Under the pieces are notes generated by a model, which worked only from the letters and a program-made list of their open reading frames with translations, was not told the DNA's origin and ran no database searches. The translations under genes and the position numbers were made by a program. From NCBI RefSeq assembly GCF_039541115.1, contig NZ_BAABFP010000007.1:496001-560000 (forward strand): a stretch of 64,000 nt of DNA, given 5' to 3'. This document shows positions 1-9,148 of the stretch, in pieces. Each line of letters starts with the position of its first letter. Position 1 is the stretch's first letter. This DNA comes from Angustibacter luteus (GTDB lineage: Bacteria; Actinomycetota; Actinomycetes; Actinomycetales; Angustibacteraceae).

Positions 1-2
1 CG

Positions 3-1013
3 GTGCACGACTACCCGCGTCGTCTGCTCGCGGCCCTGCGCGCGACCGCCCCGGATGCCGAGGCCGACCCGAACGTGGTGGTGCTCACCCCGGGCATCTT
101 CAACAGCGCCTACTTCGAGCACGCTCTGCTGGCAAGGACCATGGGCGTCGAGCTCGTCGAGGGAAGCGACCTGGTCTGCCACGGGGGGCGGCTCTGGATG
201 CGGACGACGTCCGGTGAGCGGCGGGTCGACGTGGTCTACCGGCGGGTGGACGACGAGTACCTGGACCCGGTGCACTTCCGGGCCGACTCGATGCTCGGCT
301 GCCCGGGGCTGCTCTCGGTGGCCCGCGCCGGCAACGTGACCCTGGCGAACGCGGTCGGCAACGGCGTCGCGGACGACAAGCTCGTCTACACCTACCTGCC
401 GGACCTGACGCGGTACTACCTGGCCGAGGAACCGTTGCTGCGCAACGTGGACACCTGGCGGCTGGAGGAGCCGGAGGCGCTGGAGGAGGTGCTCGACCGG
501 CTCGACGAGCTCGTGGTGAAGCCGGTGGACGGGTCCGGTGGCAAGGGGCTGGTCATCGGACCGGCCGCCAGCCGCGCCGAGCTGGACGTTCTGCGCCAGC
601 GGCTGATCGCCGACCCGCGCGGCTGGATCGCGCAGCCGGTGATCTCGCTGTCCACCATCCCGACCGTGATCGACGACAAGCTGGCCCCGCGGCACGTCGA
701 CCTGCGGCCGTTCGCCGTGAACAGCGGCGACGAGGTCTGGGTGCTGCCCGGCGGGCTGACCCGGGTCGCGATGCCCGAGGGCCAGCTGGTCGTCAACTCC
801 AGCCAGGGCGGCGGGTCCAAGGACACCTGGGTGATCGGGGACGACGCCACCCCGCCGAGGCCCTCGCGGCGCCCGGCCCGGCAGGCCCAGATGGCTGGCC
901 CGGACCTGGCGCCGGACGACGCTCGCGGCGAGCAGCAGCAACAACAGCAGCAGCAACGGCACCAGCAACGGCACCAGCAACGGCAGCAGGGCTGCGGGGA
1001 GCGGACGTGCTGA
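3..1013 (+). CDS. Circularly permuted type 2 ATP-grasp protein (5'-truncated by window edge), Gln-rich C-terminus
   Basis: Motifs [66 protein letters not shown]. Confidence 0.92.
   Translation: MHDYPRRLLAALRATAPDAEADPNVVVLTPGIFNSAYFEHALLARTMGVELVEGSDLVCHGGRLWMRTTSGERRVDVVYRRVDDEYLDPVHFRADSMLGCPGLLSVARAGNVTLANAVGNGVADDKLVYTYLPDLTRYYLAEEPLLRNVDTWRLEEPEALEEVLDRLDELVVKPVDGSGGKGLVIGPAASRAELDVLRQRLIADPRGWIAQPVISLSTIPTVIDDKLAPRHVDLRPFAVNSGDEVWVLPGGLTRVAMPEGQLVVNSSQGGGSKDTWVIGDDATPPRPSRRPARQAQMAGPDLAPDDARGEQQQQQQQQRHQQRHQQRQQGCGERTC
933..989 (+). repeat. CAG/CAA tract plus 12-bp CAGCAACGGCAC repeats encoding Q8[11 protein letters not shown]
   Basis: Read directly from sequence. Confidence 0.9.
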
Positions 1014-1951
1014 GCCGGATCGCCGAGTCGATGTTCTGGATCGGCCGCTACCTGGAGCGGGCCGACGGGACGGCGCGCATCCTCGACGTCCACCTCCAGC
1101 TGCTGCTGGAGGACCCGTGGCTCGACGAGGACGCCTCGTGCCGGGTGCTGCTGGGAGTGATGGGCGCCGAACCCGTGGCCTTGGAGGAGAAGGTCACCCG
1201 GCTGACCATGCTGAACCGTCTCGCCTACGCGCGTGAGCCCGGCTCGATCGTGGACTCGCTGCGCGCGGCCCGGGCCAACGCCCGCCGGGCGCGCGAGACG
1301 ATCTCGACCGAGATGTGGGAGTCGCTGAACACGACCTACAACGCGTTGACGCCCACCGGACGCGCCGGGCGTGGTCCGCACCAGTTCATGGACTGGGTCC
1401 GGGAGCGGGTCGCCACGGTCGTGGGGATCGCCGACTCCACGATGAGCCGTGACGAGCCGTGGCACTTCCTGCTGCTGGGCCGGTCCATCGAACGCGTCGA
1501 CATGACCGCTCGGATGCTCGCGTCGGAGGACCTGCGCGGCTCGTCGGGGCCGGCCTGGGCGCTGGTGCTGCGCTCCTGCGGCGCGCACGAGGCGTTCGTG
1601 CGAGCGTTCGGAGCGGCCGCGACCGAGGACCGAGCCCTGGAGTTCATGCTGCTGGACCGGCTGTTCCCGCGGTCCGTCGTCAACGCGCTGCTGACCGCCG
1701 AGTCCTGCCTGGCCGCGTTGGAGGTCGACTCGGTCTCGGCCACCCGGCGGCTCGGGGTGCGCGACGACGCCCGGCGCCTGCTCGGTCGGCAGCGGACCGA
1801 CCTGGAGTACCGCCCGCTGTCCCAGATGCTGCTCGACCCGGCAGGCGAGATGGAGGAGCTGCAGCGCGCGGTGTCCCAGTCCAGCGAGGCGATCTCGCGG
1901 CGCTACTTCCCCCGTGGTGTGGCCACGTCCTGGGTCCGGGAGGTCTCGTGA
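1007..1951 (+). CDS. Alpha-E domain protein (DUF403-like)
   Basis: [51 protein letters not shown]; overlaps upstream stop. Confidence 0.92.
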   Translation: MLSRIAESMFWIGRYLERADGTARILDVHLQLLLEDPWLDEDASCRVLLGVMGAEPVALEEKVTRLTMLNRLAYAREPGSIVDSLRAARANARRARETISTEMWESLNTTYNALTPTGRAGRGPHQFMDWVRERVATVVGIADSTMSRDEPWHFLLLGRSIERVDMTARMLASEDLRGSSGPAWALVLRSCGAHEAFVRAFGAAATEDRALEFMLLDRLFPRSVVNALLTAESCLAALEVDSVSATRRLGVRDDARRLLGRQRTDLEYRPLSQMLLDPAGEMEELQRAVSQSSEAISRRYFPRGVATSWVREVS

Positions 1952-2811
1952 GCCTGGCCCCACTGGGACCCTCCGGTCCGCGGCTCCGTGTCGAGCACGT
2001 CAGCCGGTTCCGCTACGAGAGCACGGTCTCGGCGTCCTACAACGAGTGCCGGCTGCTGCCCACGTCGGACGCCCGCCAGCAGGTGCTCAGCGCGCGGGTG
2101 TCCGTCGAGCCGGTGACCTGGCGGCGCGAGTACGTCGACTACTGGGGCACCCGGGTGGTGGGCTTCGAGGTGCACACCGAGCACGACGAGCTCGAGGTCG
2201 TGGGTGCCGTCGACGCTGTGGTCGCACCGGCCGGGACACCGCCGGACGCCGGGTGGGACGCCGTGCGCGACCCCGCCGTCCGCGACCGGTGGTGCGAGTT
2301 CCTGGTGGCCACCCAACGCAGCCGGCCGAGCGAGGAGCTGGCCGCGCTGGCCCAGGACGCCGCCGCCGGACTCGCTCCTTCCGTTGCGGCACAGGCGGTC
2401 TGCCAGTTGGTGTCCGACCGGCTGACCTACCGCCCGGGCTCGACCGGGGTGCACACCTTGGCGATGGAGGCCTGGGACGCGCAGAGCGGGGTCTGCCAGG
2501 ACTTCGCCCAGCTCGCCGTGGGAGCGCTGCGCTCGGTCGGCCTGCCGGCACGCTACGTGTCCGGCTACCTGCACCCGAAGGCGGACGCCGAGATCGGCCA
2601 GACCGAACGCGGCGAGAGTCACGCATGGGTCGAGTGGTGGGCTGGCGAGTGGTACGGCTGGGACCCGACCAACGTCAAGCCCGCGGGACACCAGCACATC
2701 GTGACGGGCCGTGGCCGGGACTACGGCGACGTACCGCCGGTTCGCGGCATCCTCGCTGGCGGTGGAGCCGCTCAGCTCACGGTGCAGGTGTCGGTGACGA
2801 CGCTGAGCTGA
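1948..2811 (+). CDS. Transglutaminase-like protein
   Basis: GVCQDFA catalytic Cys, ARYVSGYL, SHAWVE, WDPTN, GRDYGDVPP; GTGA coupling at 1948-1951. Confidence 0.92.
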   Translation: MSLAPLGPSGPRLRVEHVSRFRYESTVSASYNECRLLPTSDARQQVLSARVSVEPVTWRREYVDYWGTRVVGFEVHTEHDELEVVGAVDAVVAPAGTPPDAGWDAVRDPAVRDRWCEFLVATQRSRPSEELAALAQDAAAGLAPSVAAQAVCQLVSDRLTYRPGSTGVHTLAMEAWDAQSGVCQDFAQLAVGALRSVGLPARYVSGYLHPKADAEIGQTERGESHAWVEWWAGEWYGWDPTNVKPAGHQHIVTGRGRDYGDVPPVRGILAGGGAAQLTVQVSVTTLS

Positions 2812-3202
2812 ACTGGCCCGCGGGTACGCCCAGCGTGCGCAGCACGCGGTCGTGCAGCAGCCGGTACGCGGTCTCCGCGGGGCCGTCGGGCGCGGGGCGG
2901 CGACGCTCGACCACGCGTTCGGCCTGCAGGAGCTCGCCGGGCAGCAGCTGCTCGCGGGTGAGGTCGACGTCCAGCGCACCGAGCCTGTTCCAGTAGTGCA
3001 CGCCGTCGCCGTTCGGGCCGAGCAGGTCAGCCATGACCAGGTCGCCGCCCAGCAGATCCTGCACGACGAGTGCGGTCGGCCCGCACTGCCCGCGGGCCGG
3101 GCTGGCAACGCCGGCGAGGTACTCGGGCTTGGCGAAGGTGGTCTCGGCGCTCCAGGCGCCACGGATGGCGTGCTCGACCTGGCTGAGGGTGAAGGTGGGC
3201 AT
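2777..3202 (-). CDS. YunG-like protein
   Basis: AWSAET...PARGQCGPTALVVQDLLGG...HYWNRL; CACGAT -10 hexamer 7 nt before ATG. Confidence 0.65.
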   Translation of the reverse strand: MPTFTLSQVEHAIRGAWSAETTFAKPEYLAGVASPARGQCGPTALVVQDLLGGDLVMADLLGPNGDGVHYWNRLGALDVDLTREQLLPGELLQAERVVERRRPAPDGPAETAYRLLHDRVLRTLGVPAGQFSSASSPTPAP

Positions 3203-3278
3203 GCGAGCGATCGTGCCAGCCCGCACCGACAGGCCCAGGGCCTTCCCGCGGGCCGCGGGGGCTGACAGAGTCGGTGGC

Positions 3279-4127
3279 ATGTCGACATCGCCCAGCTCGC
3301 CGCCCTCGGGTGGACCGGCCGGGGGCGTGGTCGGCGTGTTCGACCGGGCCGCCGACACCTATGACAACGTGGGCGTGCCCTGGTTCGGGCCGATCGCGCA
3401 GGGGCTCGTCGAGGCGCTGATGCCGCGCCGGGGTGAGCGCGCCCTCGATATCGGCTGCGGCAAGGGCGCGGCCCTGTTCCCGCTCGCGCAGGCGGTGGGG
3501 TCCAGCGGTCGGGTGACCGGCATCGACCTGTCCCCGCAGATGGTCGCCGCCACGGCTGCCGTCGCCGAGGAGCGCGGTCTGCGGCAGGTGGACGTGCACG
3601 TGGCCGACGCCAGCGCTCCCGACCTGGCCGACAAGGAGTACGACGTCGTCGCGTCGTCCCTGGTGCTGTTCTTCCTGCCGGATCCGGCGGCGGCGCTGGC
3701 CGGGTGGCACCGGCTGCTTCGACCTGGGGGACGGCTCGGCGTCGCCACGTTCGGACCGAGCGCGCCGGCCTGGACGCAGATCGACGACGTGTTCACGCCG
3801 TACCTGCCCCCGCAGATGCGTGACGCGCGGACCTCCGGACGACGGGGTCCGTTCGCCAGCGACGAGGGGGTGGAGTCGCTGTTCGCGGCCGCCGGGCTGC
3901 TCGACGTCCGGACCGAGACCACCACCGTGGACGCCGTGCTGCGCGACCCGGAGCACTGGCACGAGTTCAGCTGGTCGCACGGCCAGCGAGCCATGTGGGA
4001 GTGCGTGCCGCCGGCCGAGCGGGACGCGTTGCGGGACAAGGCGTTCGGGCTGCTCGACGACCTGCGTGGGGACGACGGCAGCATCCGTCTCGGCCAGCAG
4101 GTCCGCTACACCCTCGGCCGCCGCTAG
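3279..4127 (+). CDS. Class I SAM-dependent methyltransferase
   Basis: ALDIGCGKG motif I, GIDLSPQM, LRPGGRL. Confidence 0.9.
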   Translation: MSTSPSSPPSGGPAGGVVGVFDRAADTYDNVGVPWFGPIAQGLVEALMPRRGERALDIGCGKGAALFPLAQAVGSSGRVTGIDLSPQMVAATAAVAEERGLRQVDVHVADASAPDLADKEYDVVASSLVLFFLPDPAAALAGWHRLLRPGGRLGVATFGPSAPAWTQIDDVFTPYLPPQMRDARTSGRRGPFASDEGVESLFAAAGLLDVRTETTTVDAVLRDPEHWHEFSWSHGQRAMWECVPPAERDALRDKAFGLLDDLRGDDGSIRLGQQVRYTLGRR

Positions 4128-4145
4128 CGCCCGCTGGAGCCAGCC

Positions 4146-4180
4146 CCCCACACCGCCGTGATCATGCACGTTCGCCCCGC
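4146..4180 (+). repeat. Single arm of the REP-like element (CCGCCGTGATCATGCACGTTCGCCCC)
   Basis: Same 26-mer as the units at 40385-40483; lies between convergent genes. Confidence 0.85.
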
Positions 4181-4193
4181 CCCCGGATCGAGG

Positions 4194-4240
4194 CTGGCAT
4201 CCGCTTCTCGAGGGTTGTTCGCCTCGGGAAGCGGGTCCAG
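4194..4240. terminator. GC-rich hairpin between convergent genes, possible bidirectional terminator
   Basis: CCGCTTCTCGAGG pairs with CCTCGGGAAGCGG (one G-T), with outer CTGG/CCAG. Confidence 0.5.
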
Positions 4241-4255
4241 ACCCACTGAACGTGA

Positions 4256-5273
4256 TCAACGCTGGGCGGTGGTCCAGCCGCGGCGGGCGCCGAGCCAGTC
4301 CAGGAACGTGCGGGCGTAGAGCCGCTGGTGCACGCGCACGAGCGGGGGACCGCCGGGCCAGACCGGTTCGTCGGCGTTCGGCAGCATGTAGGCCGCGATG
4401 ACGGCGAGCCAGGCGTCGATGGACGCCGGGGGGACGTCGCGGGTCAACGCGCTGCGGGTCAGCCAGGCCTCGACGTCCACACCGTCGCGGCGGGCGAGTG
4501 GGAGCAGGCCGACGAAGTCGGTCCACCCGGCGCCGCGCATCAGCCAGTTCCAGTCCACGAACACCGCGCCGGCGGGACCGACGAGCATGTTGTCGGCCCG
4601 CAGGTCGGTGTGGCAGGCGGTGTCGCCCTCCAGGGTGGGCTGGCGCCGCCGAGACGAGGTCGGCGAGCTCGGCGTACCGGCTCGGCAACCACCCCGGCTG
4701 ACCGGCGGTCAGCCGCAGGTCGCCCGCGAGCAGCCGCGGGAAGCAGGCCTGCACGTCGGGCTTGCCGCCGATCGCCTCGGCCAGGGACGGCAGCTCCAGC
4801 GCATCCGGCACGGGGGTCAGCGCCTCGACGCTCGCCAGGCACGCCTCGTGCACGACCGACAGGTTCTGCTCCGTCCAGGGCTGCGGCAGCCCGCCGTCCA
4901 GCACGTCGGCGAGCACGATCCGCCACTCGTACTCGTCGGCCTCGCCCGGCAGCAGGTGACCCGCGCCCACGAACGCCGGTGCGGGGACATCGGCGGGCAG
5001 CGCCTGCAGCACCACCGCCTCCTGCGCGTAGGCCGTGCACAGGTGCGGGTTGCGGGAGGAACCCGCCTTGGCGAAGACCTGTCGGCCGTCCCGCAGGTGG
5101 ACGACGGCCGCGAAGCCTCCGCTGAACCCGCTGGTCGCCGGCGGCTCGGCGCGTACCACCGGCGAACCGGCCGCCGCGCCGACCGCTCGCCGCACGGCGT
5201 CCGGCAGCTCCTCCCAGCCTGGGCGCGCGACCGTTGCGCCGTAGTCGATCTGGAGCACGTCGGTGTCGTCCAC
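4256..5273 (-). pseudogene. APH/choline-kinase-like phosphotransferase with one frameshift near 4632-4640
   Basis: N-half has GFSGGFAA and VFAKA; the CHTDLRADNML and VFVDWNW motifs are in a different frame. Confidence 0.75.
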
Positions 5274-5326
5274 GCCGCCAGTCTGACGGCTCGGGCGCAC
5301 CGGGTGCACGGGAGTTACCTGGCATG

Positions 5327-5371
5327 TGTCAACACAGGTTGACAGGATCTGCCTGTCAACGTATGTTGACG
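5327..5371 (+). promoter_or_regulatory. Two tandem palindromic operators TGTCAAC-N4-GTTGAC overlapping a TTGACA-N17-TATGTT leaderless promoter
   Basis: Palindromes at 5327-5344 and 5354-5370; -35 at 5339-5344, -10 at 5362-5367, ATG at 5375. Confidence 0.8.
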
Positions 5372-5374
5372 GCC

Positions 5375-5617
5375 ATGTCGGAAGCCACCAAGCTCGCCAC
5401 CGCGGCGGCCGCCCCCGACCCCCGGACCGGGCTGCGGGCCGTCGCCGCCCTGCGCAAGCTCCTCGAGCAGCTCGAGGCGGCGCAGGTGGCCAGCGCCAGG
5501 GCGCAGGGCTGGTCCTGGCAGGAGGTCGCTGACGTGCTGGGAGTCAGCCGCCAGGCGGTGCACAAGAAGCATGCGGCACGGCGAGGACTGCTCGCCGGCC
5601 GAGGTCGAGAGGACTGA
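5375..5617 (+). CDS. Small HTH protein resembling the ClpC2 N-terminal DNA-binding domain
   Basis: ARAQGWSWQEVADVLGVSRQAVHKKH helix-turn-helix. Confidence 0.8.
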   Translation: MSEATKLATAAAAPDPRTGLRAVAALRKLLEQLEAAQVASARAQGWSWQEVADVLGVSRQAVHKKHAARRGLLAGRGRED

Positions 5618-5619
5618 CC

Positions 5620-6168
5620 ATGTTGGAGCGGTTCACCAACCGGGCACGGACGGTCGTCGTCGCCGCCCAGACCCACGCGCGGGCGCAGCACGCCACCCGC
5701 GTCGAGGCGGAGCACCTGCTGCTCGGGCTGCTGGACGACCCGGACAGCCTGGCGATGCGCTGCCTGGTCCGGCTCGGGAGCGGTGCGGAGGACGTGCGCG
5801 ACGCCGTCCGGCGCCAGCGGACGTCGGCACTGGGCAGCCTGGACGACGGTGACCTCGAGGCGCTGAGGGCCATCGGCATCGACGCCGAGGAGGTGCTGCG
5901 CCGGGTCGAGTCGGACCTCGGCCCGCTCGCCGAGCCGACCGGGACGAGTCGCAAGCACATCCCGTTCTCCACCGACGGCAAGAAGGCGCTCGAGCTCGCC
6001 CTGCGCGAGGCCATCGCGTTGAAGCACAAGTACATCGGCACCGAGCACCTGCTGCTGGGGTTGCTGCGCGGGCAGTCCGGGACGGTCGCCAGGACGTTCA
6101 CCGAGCTCGACCTGACGCACGACCAGGTGCGGGACGTCGTCCTCGACGAGCTGCGCCAGACCGGGTGA
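5620..6168 (+). CDS. Stand-alone Clp N-terminal (Clp repeat) domain protein
   Basis: MLERFTNRAR...EHLLLGLL and HIPFS...KKALELALREA...IGTEHLLLGLL; no AAA+ domain. Confidence 0.9.
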   Translation: MLERFTNRARTVVVAAQTHARAQHATRVEAEHLLLGLLDDPDSLAMRCLVRLGSGAEDVRDAVRRQRTSALGSLDDGDLEALRAIGIDAEEVLRRVESDLGPLAEPTGTSRKHIPFSTDGKKALELALREAIALKHKYIGTEHLLLGLLRGQSGTVARTFTELDLTHDQVRDVVLDELRQTG

Positions 6169-6174
6169 GGTCGC

Positions 6175-6462
6175 TCAGCGGCGGGCCAGCGTCAGGACCT
6201 GGGTCCGCGCGACGGCGGCGTCCCGCTGCTCGGTCAACGCGACGCGGCGCGGGTCGGCCAGGTAGGCGTCGAGGGCCGGCTGGTCCGGCAGCTCGATGAC
6301 CTGGACCTCCAGCGGATCGCCCTCCACCCGGGGCGAGACGACGTCGCGCGAGACCAGCCGGGCGCCGTGATCGGGCAGCAGGGCCAGCACCTCGTCCTCG
6401 TACTGCCGGACGGCGTCGGCCCGGTCCGGGTGCTCCCAGAGCAGCACGCACAGCCGGATCAC
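6175..6462 (-). CDS. DUF1330-like small protein
   Basis: YEDEVLALLPDHGARLVSR...EVQVIELP...DAYLADPRR pattern. Confidence 0.6.
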   Translation of the reverse strand: MIRLCVLLWEHPDRADAVRQYEDEVLALLPDHGARLVSRDVVSPRVEGDPLEVQVIELPDQPALDAYLADPRRVALTEQRDAAVARTQVLTLARR

Positions 6463-6698
6463 GGCTGCTCCAGCGGATCACCGGGCGACGGCGAGGTGAC
6501 GGTTCGCTCGTCCTGCTCCTGTGCCCGCACCCGCGCGTGGTGCGCGGTCGGCCGCCAGATCTGGTCGAAGGGCCCCATCAAGGACCCGGCGCCAGCGCGC
6601 CGGCGGACCCGCTTCGCAAACCACCACAAGGCAGCTAGCGCCCCGGCCAGCGCGACCAGCAGGACGAGCAGGACGAGCAGCGCGACCAGACCGTCCAC
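6459..6698 (-). CDS. Small single-pass membrane protein
   Basis: Hydrophobic N-terminus followed by KRVRRR; TAGGAT -10 hexamer 6 nt before GTG; overlaps next start. Confidence 0.65.
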   Translation of the reverse strand: MDGLVALLVLLVLLVALAGALAALWWFAKRVRRRAGAGSLMGPFDQIWRPTAHHARVRAQEQDERTVTSPSPGDPLEQP

Positions 6699-6707
6699 CG
6701 GCTCATC

Positions 6708-8273
6708 CTAGGCGGCGCCCGCAGCGGCGTCGGCCGGGATGTCCTCCTTCTTCGCGTTGATCAGCGTCGCGGCCACCACCAGCGCGAGCGCGAACAGGAC
6801 CGCGCCCCAGAAGAAGGCGACCTGGTAGCCGTGGATCAGTGCGTCCGGACCCATCCGCTGCGCATCCTGCGGACTGTGCACGTGGTCGACCAGGTAGGCG
6901 GTGACGGCTCCGGCGAAGATCGTGTTCAGCAGCGCGGTGCCCAGGGAGCCGCCGATCTGCTGGGACGTGTTCAGGACGGCGCTCGCCACCCCGGCGTCGT
7001 GGTGCCCGACACCGATCAACGCGGTGCTCGCGGCGGGGATGAACACGCCGGCCAGGCCGACGCTCATCACCAGCTGCGACGGCAGCACGTGCGTGACGTA
7101 CGGCGTCGTCGCGTCGATCTGGGTCAACCACAGCATGCCGACGACGGCCAGGGCCAGTCCCGGAACCATGATCGGCCGTGGCCCGAGCCGGGGCAGGAGC
7201 TGCGCGACGACCCCGGCGCTCAGTATCAGCCCGGCGCTGAACGGCAGGAACGCGAACCCCGCCTTGAGTGGCGTGTAGCCCAGGTTGATCTGGAAGTAGT
7301 ACGTCAGGAACAGGAACATCGCGAACAGCCCGGCGCCGACCAGCAGGAACACCAGGTACGCACCGCCACGGTTGCGGTCCAGCACGATCCGCAACGGCAG
7401 CAGCGGGTTCTTCGCCCGTGTCTCCCAGATGACGAAGGCAGTCAGCAGGACGACGGCGAGCACCAGGAAGGTGATCGTCGAGGAGTCGCCCCAGCCCTGC
7501 ACCGACGTGTCGTTGCGGTCGCCGGGGTTCGCTGCCTTGGCCGCCTCGGTGAACCCGTACACCAGCGAGACGAGACCGAGCGAGGACAGCAGCACACCGG
7601 GGACGTCGTACCGGGTGTCCCCGGGGGCCCTGCTCTCGTGCACCAGCCGGACGGCCAGCACCGCCACCAGGATCGCGACCGGCGTGTTGACGAGCAGGCA
7701 CCAGCGCCAGGAGGCGTACTCGGTGAGCACGCCACCGACGACCAGGCCGATCGCAGCGCCACCACCCGCGAGCGCCCCGAACACGCCGAAGGCCTTGGCC
7801 CGCTCCTTGGGGTCGGTGAAGGTCACCGTGACGATCGACAGTGCCGCGGGCGCCATCAGCGCGGCGAACGCACCCTGCAACCCGCGGGCCGCGAACAGCA
7901 GCGCCTGGGTGGAGGCGATGCCGCCGAGAGCGGACGCTCCGGCGAACCCCAGCAGACCGATGATGAACGTGCGCTTGCGCCCGGTGTAGTCCGCGATGCG
8001 CCCGCCGAGCAGCAGCAGCCCACCGAACGCGAGCGTGTACGCCGTGATGACCCACTGCCGGTTGGCGTTCGAGATGCCGAGGTCCTCCTGCGCACTCGGC
8101 AGCGCGATGTTCACGATGGAGGCGTCGAGCACGATCATCAGCTGAGCCGCGGCGAGCACCGCCAGGGCCCACCACCGCCGCGGGTCCGGCTCCTCCGTCG
8201 GTGCGGTCGCAGCCGATGCGGCCGTCGGGACGTCGGCGTCAGGCTCGTCGGCGGGTGTGGTCGGCACGCTCAC
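6708..8273 (-). CDS. MFS drug:H+ antiporter, DHA2 (14-TMS) type
   Basis: LDASIVNIALP, GGRIADYTGRKR, WRWCLLVN, SQQIGGSLG. Confidence 0.92.
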   Translation of the reverse strand: MSVPTTPADEPDADVPTAASAATAPTEEPDPRRWWALAVLAAAQLMIVLDASIVNIALPSAQEDLGISNANRQWVITAYTLAFGGLLLLGGRIADYTGRKRTFIIGLLGFAGASALGGIASTQALLFAARGLQGAFAALMAPAALSIVTVTFTDPKERAKAFGVFGALAGGGAAIGLVVGGVLTEYASWRWCLLVNTPVAILVAVLAVRLVHESRAPGDTRYDVPGVLLSSLGLVSLVYGFTEAAKAANPGDRNDTSVQGWGDSSTITFLVLAVVLLTAFVIWETRAKNPLLPLRIVLDRNRGGAYLVFLLVGAGLFAMFLFLTYYFQINLGYTPLKAGFAFLPFSAGLILSAGVVAQLLPRLGPRPIMVPGLALAVVGMLWLTQIDATTPYVTHVLPSQLVMSVGLAGVFIPAASTALIGVGHHDAGVASAVLNTSQQIGGSLGTALLNTIFAGAVTAYLVDHVHSPQDAQRMGPDALIHGYQVAFFWGAVLFALALVVAATLINAKKEDIPADAAAGAA

Positions 8274-8341
8274 GGTTCCTCCAGCGGGACGCGGTCTGGC
8301 CACGCGAGGCCAGGAGCGGGGATGCAGCGACTCTCCTCCAC

Positions 8342-8369
8342 CAACCACGCCAGGGGCAAAGGGATTCCC
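8342..8369 (-). promoter_or_regulatory. SigR/SigH-type promoter upstream of the MFS gene
   Basis: Minus strand reads GGGAAT-N18-GTTG. Confidence 0.6.
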
Positions 8370-8414
8370 AGGAATGCCGTCGACTCCTGGGCGGGGGCGG
8401 TTCACGATGGTCGG

Positions 8415-8891
8415 ATGCACGCGGAGACCGCCGAGATCAGCTGGTTCACCGGCCCGCGGGAGGACCTGCGACCCATGTTCGAGCTGGCCGAGGACTCGGC
8501 CCTCCAGCTGGACGCCTACCTGCCGCTCGGGCGGGTCCTCGTGGCCGTCGTGGACGGTGTCGTCGTCGGTCACCTGCAGCTGGTGGACGGCGACCGGTCC
8601 GACGTGCTGGAGCTGAAGAGCCTGGCGGTCGTGGAGTCCTTCCGGGGCAACGGAATCGGGCGGGCTCTGGTCGAGCGGGCCGTGGCCGAGTGCCGTTCGC
8701 AGGCGAGCCGGACGCTGATGGTGTCCACCGCCGCGGCGGGTACCGACAACCTGCGGTTCTACCAGCGCCGAGGGTTCCGGATGCTCAGCGTGGAACGCGA
8801 CGCGTTCACCGCGAGCACCGGGTACCCGGACCCGATCGACATCGACGGCATCCCCTTGCGGGACCGCGTCTGGCTGTCGATGGACCTGTGA
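8415..8891 (+). CDS. GNAT N-acetyltransferase
   Basis: LAVVESFRGNGIGRAL and NLRFYQRRGF. Confidence 0.9.
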   Translation: MHAETAEISWFTGPREDLRPMFELAEDSALQLDAYLPLGRVLVAVVDGVVVGHLQLVDGDRSDVLELKSLAVVESFRGNGIGRALVERAVAECRSQASRTLMVSTAAAGTDNLRFYQRRGFRMLSVERDAFTASTGYPDPIDIDGIPLRDRVWLSMDL

Positions 8892-8893
8892 GC

Positions 8894-9118
8894 TCAGTCG
8901 GACTGGCGGCCCGCGACGAGGTAAGCGATCGGGCCGACGGGCTGGATGCCGAGCGCCAGGGTCCACAGCAGCTTCGGGCCGCGCACCTGGTCCGCCGGCC
9001 GCTGCCTGAGGTCGGACGCCGCGATCGCCGTCAGCACCATCTCGATCGCACCGACCACCACCGCGGCCTTGCGCTGGCCGGGGGTGAGCTCGCTCCACCG
9101 CTTCTTGCGCTTCAGCAT
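8894..9118 (-). CDS. PLDc N-terminal-like small membrane protein
   Basis: DLRQRPADQVRGPKLLW...QPVGPIAYL. Confidence 0.7.
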   Translation of the reverse strand: MLKRKKRWSELTPGQRKAAVVVGAIEMVLTAIAASDLRQRPADQVRGPKLLWTLALGIQPVGPIAYLVAGRQSD

Positions 9119-9148
9119 GTCTGCGACCTTACGTCCGCCGCGCTGATC

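Noticed and set aside
3027..5309. 760-aa minus-strand ORF as one protein
   Set aside because: It results from the frameshift; after about residue 225 it is low-complexity and runs antisense to the methyltransferase.
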